Virus record (IMG/VR): IMGVR_UViG_3300044640_000597
Span: 21,966 to 85,965 of that record
Reading direction: 5' to 3' (one strand)
Source: a virus
Length of the DNA stretch: 64,000 nucleotides
Shown here one piece after another: positions 1-11,300 of this stretch. The position numbers were made by a program, and so were the translations under genes. The notes below the pieces were generated by a model. It was given only the letters and a program-made list of their open reading frames with translations, did no database searches and was not told the DNA's origin. How positions within the stretch are numbered: position 1 is the first letter of the stretch; each line of letters opens with the position of its first letter.

Positions 1-824
1 ATGAGTGTCTCTTTAAGTAATGCTTGAGGATTCATGTCCTCTCCATACTTAAGTGCTACTTGTTCATACAGGTCAGTGTCCTTAACCATATTCATGGCTT
101 GCTTAACCAAAGGGTTATCCTCACCAAGCAAGTCTATAAGGATATGACTGAATTCATGGATGTGGGTATCCTCAGTCATAAGCAATGGGTTGAGGATTAT
201 AGTAGCTGTGTTGTCACTTTTAGTTATAGCCCTCCCTTTAGAGGTAATGGTATCATCATACTCAACATTAATTATAATACCAGCCGCAGCAAATGTGTCT
301 GAAAGGTGTTTAACCTGTTCTGATATACCAGGTACAGATACAAATGGAACATTCTTTCTTTCTACTGGCTTGTATAAAATAGGCTCTTCTACTGCAACCC
401 TTGCTACAGGCATGCTTTTGAAAGCATCTTTGATATCAGCATCTGATACTCTTTGTATATACACCTCCTTAGCAGAAGTCTGTATTGGGGAAAAGAAGTT
501 GTCATTGATAGTAAGTCTGAACGTGTTGTTCCCTACTCTTTTAGCTGTAAGGAACTTGTCAGCCACACCATTAGGCTTGAAGTATCTTGCAATTGTATTG
601 TTTAGAGTATTTATAATATGCTTAGGGTCTTTTAAATTACCCTTAGTTATAAGTTCTCCTTGACTGTCCACTGTAAAGTGTTCAGGGAAACCATCAAGCA
701 GGTTATACTTCAAAGCTTTTTCTTTCTTTGGGGTATCCTGTTCCAGAGTATCAAAAAGCATTTGATATCTTAGTGATGCTTCTGGATGATTATCGTCTGT
801 AAATTCAAATACTCTACAAGCCAT
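1..824 (-). CDS. Large virion cargo/ejection protein, N-terminal part (runs off window), with zincin-like HExxH motif
   Basis: Not in the ORF track. My translation from ATG at 824 is open to base 1: MACRVFEFTDDNHPEAS...TEDTHIHEFSHILIDLLG...QALLKETL. It lies directly after the RNAP gene. Confidence 0.85.
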   Translation of the reverse strand, partial: MACRVFEFTDDNHPEASLRYQMLFDTLEQDTPKKEKALKYNLLDGFPEHFTVDSQGELITKGNLKDPKHIINTLNNTIARYFKPNGVADKFLTAKRVGNNTFRLTINDNFFSPIQTSAKEVYIQRVSDADIKDAFKSMPVARVAVEEPILYKPVERKNVPFVSVPGISEQVKHLSDTFAAAGIIINVEYDDTITSKGRAITKSDNTATIILNPLLMTEDTHIHEFSHILIDLLGEDNPLVKQAMNMVKDTDLYEQVALKYGEDMNPQALLKETL

Positions 825-835
825 TGATTTCTATT

Positions 836-3800
836 TTATAACATACAAATTTGTGTAACATCTGATTGGGCAACCTTCGTAGAAGTTGCATCGTAATAAG
901 CTTGAAGCATGCTCATTATGTTATTAGCATTCTCAGTACTATCCCCAAATGTTCTCTTGTTTAACCAGTCTCCCCCAACGATATGCTTCTTATTGTTAGT
1001 GGTTCCGAACATGCTCAAATATACGGTTTTATCCGTAGTCTCTGTAGGGTTAGCTTTAACATAAACACCAGACTCCCCTTTTGAAGTTCGGAATACCATT
1101 ACACCAGGAGCTTCTTGATTACCCCCGAACTTCTTATTAGATATTTTGTGTACCTTTTCTAGTTTAGTATACTCTGGTCCGAGTGAGTGTCTTTGGAGAA
1201 GGTTTCTTCCTCCTGGACGAATCTCTCCATACACTCTAAAGAATCTAGCTAAGTCCTCAGCATCAAAGTATTTACCTGTCTGCATCTTAGCAGACTCTCC
1301 GTGCATGTAATCAGCTACACTTATTGGCTTCAAAGTCTTACCAGTTATAGCTGTGTTTACTTCTCTGCTCATAGGGTTAAGCCAGAACTGAGGAGGGATC
1401 ATAGACACATAGTTAAATGCAGACTTTCTAAATCCATTAGAGATCAAAGCATGCATGCATAAGTCGAATCCTATCTGTCTAATCTTTTCTACATTCTTCT
1501 TATACTCCTCCAGATTGTCTGTCTTCTTTACATAAGCCTCTGGTTTGTATAGAAGGTTATGTAAGTCATCTTGAATTCTAGACTTTTCCTCTCTTGAGAA
1601 CTGTTGAGTAGCATCGAAGTTAAAAGTCTTGAAGTTTTTAAACTTACTGTTATTCTCATCTTCAGTAAGCTTCATCAAGAACTCGTTACCTGTTAGGTTA
1701 CCAAACTTTGATGCAGCCTCTTCAATCCTTTTCCACAATGTAAGAGCAGGTTTACCCTTCTTAGTCTTTGGATCTATAGTAGCAGGATCTATATAACCTG
1801 GCTTGTACAATCTCTCACTGTACTCTACATTCATGTACTGTGCTATAGGAGATTCTTCTTTAGTTAGGATAGTAAACATGATAGCAGCATTTACGTCTCT
1901 GTGATGATCCGTAGTCATAGCATCAAGACTAGCAGCTGTTCTGATTGCTTCTTTAAACTTAAGAGAAGACTCAGATGTAGTCATAGGGAATAGAACACTG
2001 GATACCCCAGCCATCTCACTTAGCAGATTGTCATATCCTCTTTCAAATCCATAAATAGAATTCTCATCAAAGAATTGAGTAAGTACGTTCTCATCTTTAC
2101 CTCTTCCGTAGAATGCTATCGGGGCATTGTTTAATTTACCACCTTTTGGATTGTCAAACTTTTTCTTCTTTCCCATATGCTCCTGAATTGCTTCAAGTCG
2201 GTTGATACCAGAGGTTGTATCTGGAGAGATAAGTCTGAATGCTTCTTTGAGTTGGCTACCTGCAGTGTACATCTTAAGGAAGTTTTGCAAAGCTCTTTCT
2301 TTATTGACAGTTAATGTCATTATAGATTGACGAGTCATTGCAGTTGTTTCAGAAATGTTCTTGTAGTTAGTAGGAAGGTCTTCACTACCCAATGTAATTC
2401 CGTTCTTATCAGCTACTTCTTTATAAGCTTCATTAATCTTAGACAGGTCATCATTGAACTTGATAGCCATTGTATCTACAAAGTCTCTGATGATAGGCTG
2501 ATTAAGGAAGTGATGTAGAAGCTCTGTATCCCCATAGTATTGTATCCACAAAAGTTCTACAGGGAAAGTAACTGCATTATCATTTACTATATAATGGTAC
2601 GGAGCTTTAGTAGCATCCACAGCTGCGTTAAGATAACGAGACATTATTTTATCTGTAGGTTCTCCAGCATCATATGCGAATCCACTAGATGCAGGAATTA
2701 TTTCTTGCATCTTAGTGTTAATCATCTCCCCTGCAATCTTAACTGCAAACTCAGATTTAAGATTAAAGTTATCAGATACAGTAGCAATGTTTCTTCCAGC
2801 AAGTGCATTTGCCCATAGACCTCTCATCTTGTTTCCAAGCATGTTTCTAACAGCACTGGTAGTTTCATACATACCACCTGTAAACACTTTGCTTGGGGCC
2901 AACTCTCTATTCAATTCAATTATAGAAGTTCTTATATTTTTAAGTACTTCGTTATCCAAAGGTCTAAGTGTTTCTAAGTAATGCTCAGGAGAAGAGAACA
3001 CAGCCTCGATTGTATCAAGTACAATATTGGTCAACTCCTTATCAGATATCTTAGATACATCTTTAGTTTTAGCAAGAGTTTTATAATCAGGTCTTACTTT
3101 AGTACCATCCTCGTTTAGCTCAGGGAATAACAGGAACATTTTATCTACGTCAAAGTCAGATCCCATAAGCTTTACAAGCTGTGGGGGAACTACTATTGCC
3201 TTTTCGTATCCAGCAGGAAGTACAGATTTAATCTTGAAGATAATGGTAGATGCTTTATCCTGGTTAGGGATACGGTAACCAATGATTCTTCTGAGTTCTT
3301 CTGGGATGTTATTAGCATCTAAGTCTGCACCTGGTTCGATTCCAAACTTTCTAAGTACATCCTCTCTGATCATGATCTCAGCATGAGCTAGTCTAGTACC
3401 TCTCCTTTTATTTGTAGGATGGTCCACAACCTCAAGGAATTTCAAAGAACGATCTACTTCGAATCCACCTAGAGCTGCAGTTTGTACAGCTTCGTACCCT
3501 GGTACATATTGTTTAAATACTCTGTTGTTATATACACTAAGCAATGCACTTTGGAAAGCAGTACCGTATACAGGGAAGTCCATTGGTATTGCGAACCTAG
3601 CAATACCAGTAACAGGATCAATAGTTATATCAAGAGCCTTAATGAAGTTATCACTTAACTCTCTTTCTATAGCCTGCTCCTCAATTAGGTTTCTGATATT
3701 CTTAAGTAGTCTGGCTTTTGCTTCTTTAAATTCTTGAGCACCTTTTATAGAGTCAACATTTGGTTTCTCAGACTTAAGTTTGTTTACTACCTTTCTGAAT

Positions 3801-6800
3801 TCTGACAATCCAATCTCATTATTTACACTCTCGAGGTCTCTTCTGAGTCTCTCTTCGATAGCAGCATGGTAAAGAGCAGTCATGTCTGCCCCAGGAATAG
3901 CCGTCTCTCCAGCTATACCTGCATTATAGTAGTATAATTCAGTAGACTTTACGTTAGCAATAGCATTCTTTTTAATCTGTCTTCCTAATATAGTCTCTGA
4001 ATATTCTTTTGCTGCTGGAACAGTCTGTGGGAAACCGAGAGCTGATGTAGAGTTTCTATTGATTTTTACATTTCTAAAGAAGCCTCCTTGAATACGAGAC
4101 CACCCTTTCATATTAAATACATTTAACTGGACACCCTTCTTAGCAGATACGGCACTAGCTGTGTGTATCTTTTTCATTCCTGCATAAGGATTGTTTGCTT
4201 CATTAGGGTTGGCTTCCATCCTCATCCTCATATCATCCATTACAGGGAATGCTTTAGTATACGACTTAAGCAATGGGAAGTAAGCTGTCTTAGTAAGGTC
4301 TACAGCAACAGTTCCTCCTATAGATTTAACTTCTTGTCCAAATGGTTTATAAGGTCTGATAGGGATATCCTGTCCAACCTTTGCTCCTCTTGGAAGATCT
4401 TTTACACCAGCAGGATATACAAACTTTCCTTCTGGATCGTTTTTATAATTATTGTATGCTACCTCATGGTATTGAAACCATTCTCCTTCTCCCTGCATGA
4501 TTTCCCTAAGCCAATCGATGGATATCAAAGTCAAACCATCGTGCTCTTCAAAGCTACCTGCTTTGTACTCATCAGTGAATGCTGCTTCAGCTGCTGTGTA
4601 TCCTGACTTAAGCAACATTTCTTTTGTACGATTGGCCCAATTGTTCATCTCTGTTGCTATGGCTGCAGTAACCTGACCCATAGGATCATCGAATACCATC
4701 TCGTTATATTCAGAGATAGCTCCATAACGCTCATCCATCCAAGGCACATAATTCCCTAATCCATCCTTTTTAGCTAGTGTGTTCTTTTCAGCAAGCTTAG
4801 TACGAGGAGTAGTCAGAAGTCTTTGACGTTTAGTAAAATCTTCAATGTTTTTAAACAAAGCTCTGTTACCTCTAGTCAGTTTAATGATTTCATTTCTCCC
4901 TAAGTCTTCATGTATAAGGAAGTCTTTAAGCAAAGGAATCATAGCCTGTACAAAAGGAGAGTTGCCTTGCTCGTCTTTCTTTCTTTTAGACAAATCTACC
5001 CCTGCGATATCAGCCCACTTCTTAAGCAGTTTAGAATTTACATCATTCTTTCTGTCTGCCTCTTCTATTGTAGCAGCCATCTGCTTAGCTTGACCAGTGT
5101 AAAATAAAGACAGCCCACTAATCATTTCTGTAAGTTCATTTCTAAACTGCTGCAGCTCTTGAGATAATGGAAGATTGCTTTTTGTTTTTCTAATAAACTC
5201 TTCTGCAAGGTCAGACATTCTCATAACCCCTATACTAGAGTTAATAGCTCTGTCTGTTACAATTCTGTTCCCTAGTTCATCTATACCATCAAACTGCATG
5301 AACTCATCACTTAGGCCTCTCATCTGACCAGTATGGTAATCTGGGATAAGAGTAACATTAGGATCTTCTTTAGATGCAGCTATTGTAGCCCTAGCTTGTT
5401 TGATTCTTAAAAGGTCTTGTAGGATTGCATCTCTAAATACATCACTAACACCGTTCTTCTTATTGAACTTAGTATCAAAGTGACCTTTAATCCTAGGCAT
5501 AAGCATCATATCAAAACGAGCTCTATCTGCCTGAGCAGGTACAGCTACGTAATAATATTTCTCATTAAAGTTATTATTGTAGATCTCAAGTCTTGTTAGT
5601 ACAGAGTCTACATTATTGAAGTCTTCATAATCCAAAGCATCATCTCCGTAGTCTCTGATACCTGCCAGTGGGGATGTCTTAAAGTCCCTTAGGAATTCTT
5701 CATTCTGTGTAAGATGGAAGAACAGATGACTAGGCATCATGTCAGGTGGGAAGATAAACTTATCCTTTCTGTACAGAGGTAATGCCTGCTCTTTGTTTGC
5801 AGTTACATCCTTTCTAATTTGGAAAGGAAGTTCAGAAAGAGTTGTAGCCATATTAACAGGATACATTGCTGACCCTGTAGGAGTTACAAAGCTTTCAGCT
5901 ACTCTGCTAGTAAACAATGGAGCTAAGCCTGCAAGGAACTTCATACCTTGCTTTTCTGTGTTGAAGTATAAAACTGGTTTTTCTTTTTTACTTTCTATAC
6001 CTACCCCTTCTCTGCTAGTACTTACATTTGCTATAGCTTCAACCATTTTAGATAACCTAGCTCTTTCAAAGATTGCATCAAAAGCTTCTTTTCCTATAAC
6101 AGTATGGTTTTTTACTTTACCAGCTTCGGTCTTACTTATCTTGAAACCTTTGTTGATCAGATTCTGGACATTAATTATAGTGTCCATTTGATTCACATTG
6201 CTACCAAAGTTAAACCCTAGCTCCCATATGAGACTCCCTAATGCCCATGCAGGAGAATCTATGACAGGTTCTTTATTAAAGAACTCTGCATTTGGATCTT
6301 CATTAGGTTTAAACTGCATCCTATTGAAGCCGTAGGCTTTTTTAAAAGCCTCTTTAATTTTATTAAACTTAGCAGTCTTAACAACAAAGCCTGAAGCTTC
6401 GTCATCTTCTTCTGATAGTGTCTTTGCAAATACAGCTCTACTTGATCCTTCCTCTCCTTCTTCCTGACCATTGATTTCAACCATCTGCCCAGTCCACTGT
6501 TTAACAGCTTTCTGTTCAGTTGTAGAACTATTAGCATTAAGTACCTTACCCTGACTCCCCAGAATTGCCATGTTAAACTCTGCTAGAGTTTGAGCAAATG
6601 TTTTATACAACAAGGCTCTCTCATTACCAGGCATACTCATTATACGTTGGTTAATGGAAGAGTAGTCTGGTCTATACTTAGAAGCCTCTATAAGCTTCTC
6701 TTCCATCTCCTGAAAAGAACCTACGTCTGCCCATAACTCTGAGAGTTGTTTGTAGACATACCTTAAAGACCAGTACTCTGTCTGATCAGTAAAAATGTCA

Positions 6801-8329
6801 TTAGTTACTTGCTTGTATATTATTTTTTTATTGGCTTTATCAAAAGTTGCTTCTACTTTAGGTATGCGTCTTAGAATTGCTTTGGCTTTCTCAGATACTT
6901 TAGTCATTGGGGAATCGGCAAAGTGACTTCTTCCCTTGATATCTTTATCCTCTACCCCAGATTCCATTGCTTCGATCATATCAGCTTCTGCATCCCCTTC
7001 TTCATTTGTAGAAGCAATACTATCTTTTACAATGTTGTATTGATTAGCACGTAGCTCATCAACAATCATTTGCTTCCAAGATGGGACGGTAGTATTCCCT
7101 GTGGCAGAATCTTTCTTACCATTCCAGTTTAATACTACGTGCTTAATGAGTTTACGTTTATTGTTGAGAGTAGCTGCTAGTGCTTTATCTCTAGGGGATG
7201 CATCTGTAGCAACTTTCCTAAAGTTATTAAGAGTGAATCCTTTGCTCTCCCTATAATCTGTAAAGTCTTTTAGTAATTTCTCTACCTCTGGTTTAAATGC
7301 AGCTGCTTCTTTCTTATTAGTTTTGAGTAATGCTGTGTACTTACGAGTAGCATTCTCAAACAATATCTCCATAGTAAGACCCTTCATAAATATAGGGATA
7401 TCTTTCTTGGGATCCATAGGTCTCTTATCCAGGTATTTATATATTTGATACAGCAGCCCATTAACTACTTTACCTCTTGTATTCTTTGTACCTAGAATCT
7501 CTCCTACCAGTGGTGTCTCCCATGCATCAATTTCATTGATAACCATGTTAGTCAATCCCTCTACCATCTTATCTACAGTAGCACTAGGTATACCTTCTAC
7601 AAGTCTGCTAGGATTGTAGGAGCTTTGCATAGCCTCTGGGTTTCTAAATACCCCTCTGCCTAGGAAAGTCTCATTAGACTTTGTGGTCTCCATAAGAGAA
7701 TAGACATCTCTCAATCCAATCTTGTTAGAGATCAAACCTTTTATCCAGCTAAACAAATCTCTAAACCACTTGGCAATGCTAGCTACTATTCCTCTGCTGC
7801 TCTCTTCTTCTGTAAGCATGTGCTCCATGAAACCGTCAGCCATCTTTTCTTCCAGCACCAAGTTGCTAGCCTCTTCATCTCCGATAGCTATATTGTACAG
7901 GTCTACTACTTCTTTCTTAATCTTTTCGATTTCTGCAGTAGTGGGTTTACCAAATTCTTTAGCTGCATCTTTGTACAAGGACTGACGTTGCTCCTCAGAC
8001 AGCATTGTTCTGAACAGCAAGTGGTAAGCTTCGTGGTATTCAGTACCAGTTTCAGCCGATGTCCACATATTGATTGCCCCATTCTCAACGTATCCATGCT
8101 GAGTCTTATTCCCAATCTCTTTGGCAAAATCATAGAAGACCGTTTCCTTTCCAGGAAACAACTTTGACAAATAAGCTGTAGCTTTTTCCTGCCTATCGTT
8201 TGTTTTAGGATAGTAGTACTTACTAGGAACTTCTCCTTTGTACTTATTCCATAATTTATAGGCTCTTTCAGGTTGAGCTTCTTCTAGTGACTTCCATTCA
8301 GGAAGAGATTTATTTGGGCAAAATGTCAT
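836..8329 (-). CDS. Virion-packaged single-chain RNA polymerase (crAss/phi14:2 gp66-like) with N-terminal zincin-like domain
   Basis: 2497 aa. Catalytic GSDFDVDKMF (DxDxD) motif, GYRIPNQ motif, N-terminal HEAYH...EEKMAD, located in the cargo gene cluster. Confidence 0.9.
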   Translation of the reverse strand: MTFCPNKSLPEWKSLEEAQPERAYKLWNKYKGEVPSKYYYPKTNDRQEKATAYLSKLFPGKETVFYDFAKEIGNKTQHGYVENGAINMWTSAETGTEYHEAYHLLFRTMLSEEQRQSLYKDAAKEFGKPTTAEIEKIKKEVVDLYNIAIGDEEASNLVLEEKMADGFMEHMLTEEESSRGIVASIAKWFRDLFSWIKGLISNKIGLRDVYSLMETTKSNETFLGRGVFRNPEAMQSSYNPSRLVEGIPSATVDKMVEGLTNMVINEIDAWETPLVGEILGTKNTRGKVVNGLLYQIYKYLDKRPMDPKKDIPIFMKGLTMEILFENATRKYTALLKTNKKEAAAFKPEVEKLLKDFTDYRESKGFTLNNFRKVATDASPRDKALAATLNNKRKLIKHVVLNWNGKKDSATGNTTVPSWKQMIVDELRANQYNIVKDSIASTNEEGDAEADMIEAMESGVEDKDIKGRSHFADSPMTKVSEKAKAILRRIPKVEATFDKANKKIIYKQVTNDIFTDQTEYWSLRYVYKQLSELWADVGSFQEMEEKLIEASKYRPDYSSINQRIMSMPGNERALLYKTFAQTLAEFNMAILGSQGKVLNANSSTTEQKAVKQWTGQMVEINGQEEGEEGSSRAVFAKTLSEEDDEASGFVVKTAKFNKIKEAFKKAYGFNRMQFKPNEDPNAEFFNKEPVIDSPAWALGSLIWELGFNFGSNVNQMDTIINVQNLINKGFKISKTEAGKVKNHTVIGKEAFDAIFERARLSKMVEAIANVSTSREGVGIESKKEKPVLYFNTEKQGMKFLAGLAPLFTSRVAESFVTPTGSAMYPVNMATTLSELPFQIRKDVTANKEQALPLYRKDKFIFPPDMMPSHLFFHLTQNEEFLRDFKTSPLAGIRDYGDDALDYEDFNNVDSVLTRLEIYNNNFNEKYYYVAVPAQADRARFDMMLMPRIKGHFDTKFNKKNGVSDVFRDAILQDLLRIKQARATIAASKEDPNVTLIPDYHTGQMRGLSDEFMQFDGIDELGNRIVTDRAINSSIGVMRMSDLAEEFIRKTKSNLPLSQELQQFRNELTEMISGLSLFYTGQAKQMAATIEEADRKNDVNSKLLKKWADIAGVDLSKRKKDEQGNSPFVQAMIPLLKDFLIHEDLGRNEIIKLTRGNRALFKNIEDFTKRQRLLTTPRTKLAEKNTLAKKDGLGNYVPWMDERYGAISEYNEMVFDDPMGQVTAAIATEMNNWANRTKEMLLKSGYTAAEAAFTDEYKAGSFEEHDGLTLISIDWLREIMQGEGEWFQYHEVAYNNYKNDPEGKFVYPAGVKDLPRGAKVGQDIPIRPYKPFGQEVKSIGGTVAVDLTKTAYFPLLKSYTKAFPVMDDMRMRMEANPNEANNPYAGMKKIHTASAVSAKKGVQLNVFNMKGWSRIQGGFFRNVKINRNSTSALGFPQTVPAAKEYSETILGRQIKKNAIANVKSTELYYYNAGIAGETAIPGADMTALYHAAIEERLRRDLESVNNEIGLSEFRKVVNKLKSEKPNVDSIKGAQEFKEAKARLLKNIRNLIEEQAIERELSDNFIKALDITIDPVTGIARFAIPMDFPVYGTAFQSALLSVYNNRVFKQYVPGYEAVQTAALGGFEVDRSLKFLEVVDHPTNKRRGTRLAHAEIMIREDVLRKFGIEPGADLDANNIPEELRRIIGYRIPNQDKASTIIFKIKSVLPAGYEKAIVVPPQLVKLMGSDFDVDKMFLLFPELNEDGTKVRPDYKTLAKTKDVSKISDKELTNIVLDTIEAVFSSPEHYLETLRPLDNEVLKNIRTSIIELNRELAPSKVFTGGMYETTSAVRNMLGNKMRGLWANALAGRNIATVSDNFNLKSEFAVKIAGEMINTKMQEIIPASSGFAYDAGEPTDKIMSRYLNAAVDATKAPYHYIVNDNAVTFPVELLWIQYYGDTELLHHFLNQPIIRDFVDTMAIKFNDDLSKINEAYKEVADKNGITLGSEDLPTNYKNISETTAMTRQSIMTLTVNKERALQNFLKMYTAGSQLKEAFRLISPDTTSGINRLEAIQEHMGKKKKFDNPKGGKLNNAPIAFYGRGKDENVLTQFFDENSIYGFERGYDNLLSEMAGVSSVLFPMTTSESSLKFKEAIRTAASLDAMTTDHHRDVNAAIMFTILTKEESPIAQYMNVEYSERLYKPGYIDPATIDPKTKKGKPALTLWKRIEEAASKFGNLTGNEFLMKLTEDENNSKFKNFKTFNFDATQQFSREEKSRIQDDLHNLLYKPEAYVKKTDNLEEYKKNVEKIRQIGFDLCMHALISNGFRKSAFNYVSMIPPQFWLNPMSREVNTAITGKTLKPISVADYMHGESAKMQTGKYFDAEDLARFFRVYGEIRPGGRNLLQRHSLGPEYTKLEKVHKISNKKFGGNQEAPGVMVFRTSKGESGVYVKANPTETTDKTVYLSMFGTTNNKKHIVGGDWLNKRTFGDSTENANNIMSMLQAYYDATSTKVAQSDVTQICML

Positions 8330-8342
8330 TGTCTGTATTTTA

Positions 8343-11300
8343 TTAACAAATTCCTTCTAGCACATTGTTCTGCAGCTTGTCAGATTCTTCTTCTGTGAGG
8401 GTGATGCCGAATGTATCTTTTACTATTTGTATAAACATTGTGTCATCCATTCCTCCAGATTTAGTAATAGACTTTTTAAGGTCTGCTAATTGTTTATCTA
8501 CCCCAGCTGCTGGCCCACCTTTAGATTCTCCAGCATTTAATAAGTCAGATGCTAAAGATTCTTTAGTTACCTTACCCTGTTTCTTAACTCCTTTTTCTTC
8601 CTTATCAACTTCTTTACCTTTAGGGGCTGCGGATTTAGTAGTAGCTTTTGTGCTAGCTTTTTTCTTACCAGCATTATTAATGCTTGGATCTGAGCTGCTA
8701 ACTGTTTTTTTCAGCTCGAAAGATACTTCACCTTTTAGCAACTCTTTAATATTATAACTAAGAGTGAATTTTTTCTCAGCCATTCCTGATACTTTTTCTA
8801 TGTATCCCTCCGTGTTATAACGTATAGGAAGGTACAGTACACTTGCTCCAGCTATGTTAGCAGGCTTAAGTTTACCTACACCAACCAAAGAGTAAGCATA
8901 CATACTAAGTTGAGTACCATGCTGATCTCTTTTACTTTTAGATACTTTTTTAGTCTGAGGATCAGTGTACCCTTTCTCATAGTTAGCAAGTCCACCTTCT
9001 GACCCAGTCTTAATATCGTAGATATAATACTGTGGGCCTACCCCTTGCTTATCCTTTCTCTTAACCAAGATGTCGAACTTGCCTGCATAGTCCCCATAGC
9101 TATCAGTATAAACGATCATCTCTGTAGCAATAACTGTCTCTCCTTTTGATTTAATCAATCTACGGATATCTCCTATTTGGTTGATCAATTCAAGGAATGC
9201 CACACGAGACATCTTATCCCCACGAGTATAATCTGTCTTCCCCATAAGAACAGATTCTACAATATCATGTACTGTATTACCTGCTCTGCTTGATGCTTGT
9301 TTTACTTCCTTAGTTCCATTAAATGGTTCAGAAGATATACTTGTAATTCTTTGGAACTTCTTAGGTTCAGTCTCTCCCTTAGGCTGTATCTTATAGTGAG
9401 TTTCTTCTTTTGTAGCGGGATCTTCAAACATCCCCTTAAACTCATTCTCTTTGATGTCGATAAGTCTGTTGACCAGGGGATCGTTCAATCCTCTGTCTTC
9501 CTCATCCATTTCAGCTACCTTTGGCTCTTCAAACTCATCCTCTTCTTTTTTCTCTTGAGTCTTTGTCCCTCTTGACTTTGCTAAATCTTCAAAGCTTGTA
9601 GTAGAACCAGTTGTTTCATCTTGTGGGGTTTCCTCAATTGTATCCCCCATCATAGTGTCAAACAAGTTCTCATCAACTTGTTCCTGGTCGTCATCATCAT
9701 TAGAGTGCTCATCACTCTCTTCAAACTCTTTAGGGTCAAGCTTAGCTTTAGCAGACTGAGGAGAAGCTGTTGAGTTATTATCATATAAAGGTTTTCCTTC
9801 TACGAGCAGTGGACCATAAGTAATTCCTACGTCAAAGTATGGGCTCCCATCTTGGTTAAGGAACATATCAGATCCAAGTATGCCTGTATGTGACTGTCCA
9901 TCAGAATCTATATCAGGAATAGCATTTGGGTCAGCAAGGTATTCAGTATAGCTATTATACATCTTACCCTTGCCAGTTTCAGGATCTATATAAGGAGATT
10001 CAAATGCTTGATTACTTTGTAAGTTAGCTGCAGATACCTGATGTCTTCTTTGAAGAACAGCTTTCTCAAATGCATCTACAACTCCATTGTATACTTCTTT
10101 TATTTTATACAGTCCTTTTTTATCAGGATCTGGATTAAAGTCTACCCCACCCTTTTCACCTATTTCTGCTTTAACAAATGAGAATTCAAATGTTTGGTTT
10201 GATAAAGCTTTGGCTAATTCAGCACTGCTTATACGTATGTAACTTTCAGCTTGAGGATGGTAAAAGGTATAAACATTTGTTATTGTTGTGTCACCGTTAA
10301 CGTCTGTTCTTTCTAATGCATCTGAAAAGAGCATGTCAGTTTTCTCAAGGTTAACTGCTGCTTTAGCAACCTTATTAAAACCTATGAGCTCATTAAGCAT
10401 CCCTGACCTACCTTGTAAGATAGCAAGTTTTGCAGCCTCTAGTCCACCTTTAGTTATTCTTTTAGTAGTTAGGAATAGATGTCTGAATCCTCCTATCGGA
10501 GTTCTTACAAGCATTGCTACTTTACCCAGCTCACTATCGTAAGAAGTTATAGTAGGGATTACATCTTTTTCTGTAATATTATCCCCTACTAATGCTAATT
10601 GAAATCTAGGGAGACCACTTTCTCTTTCAATAGACGATATCATAAGGGTAGGCATAGCCCCATCCTTAAATGGATTATAGAAGAATGGCTCTCCGTCTAC
10701 AGTTACAGCATTTGCAATATTCTCAGTATTATATCTCTTACCTGCTATCGTGCTAGTTACCCTTTTACCCTTTAAGAAGTTTTCATATATATCCTTACGA
10801 CTCTGGTTAAACTCAGTTTCTTTGTTAGGGTTAAAACTTTCCAGTAACCCAACTCTCTTGTACTTACCATTAGCTTGCTTAATTGCAACAAATATTGGAA
10901 CTGTTTTCCAATGATCACCTGCAGGAATTCCATCTTTATTTTCGTTCCAGAACTTAGTGTCTGTACGAACGTCAAAGAAAATTTCAGTATCATTAGGAGA
11001 TAACAAACTAGATGATAAAAGCTCTGGGAATATTTTTATCAGATCCCCATTACTATCAAGTTGTTTTATTCCTAATTTAGATCCAGGTTGCCCTTTAGGG
11101 ATACCATTACCATAGTAATCCTCATTGATAAGAGGAGTGCCATCTGAAGATACAATTACGTTATCAAAGTTGTCAGTAGTTCTGTATTCGTTCTTAACTA
11201 ATCTGGCATCAATTTCTCCAGCATACTCAGCAGTATTAGCTTTCTCCTCTTCTACTGTTTCTTTTGGAGTTTCTGGGGTGAAGCTATCCTCATCTTCATA

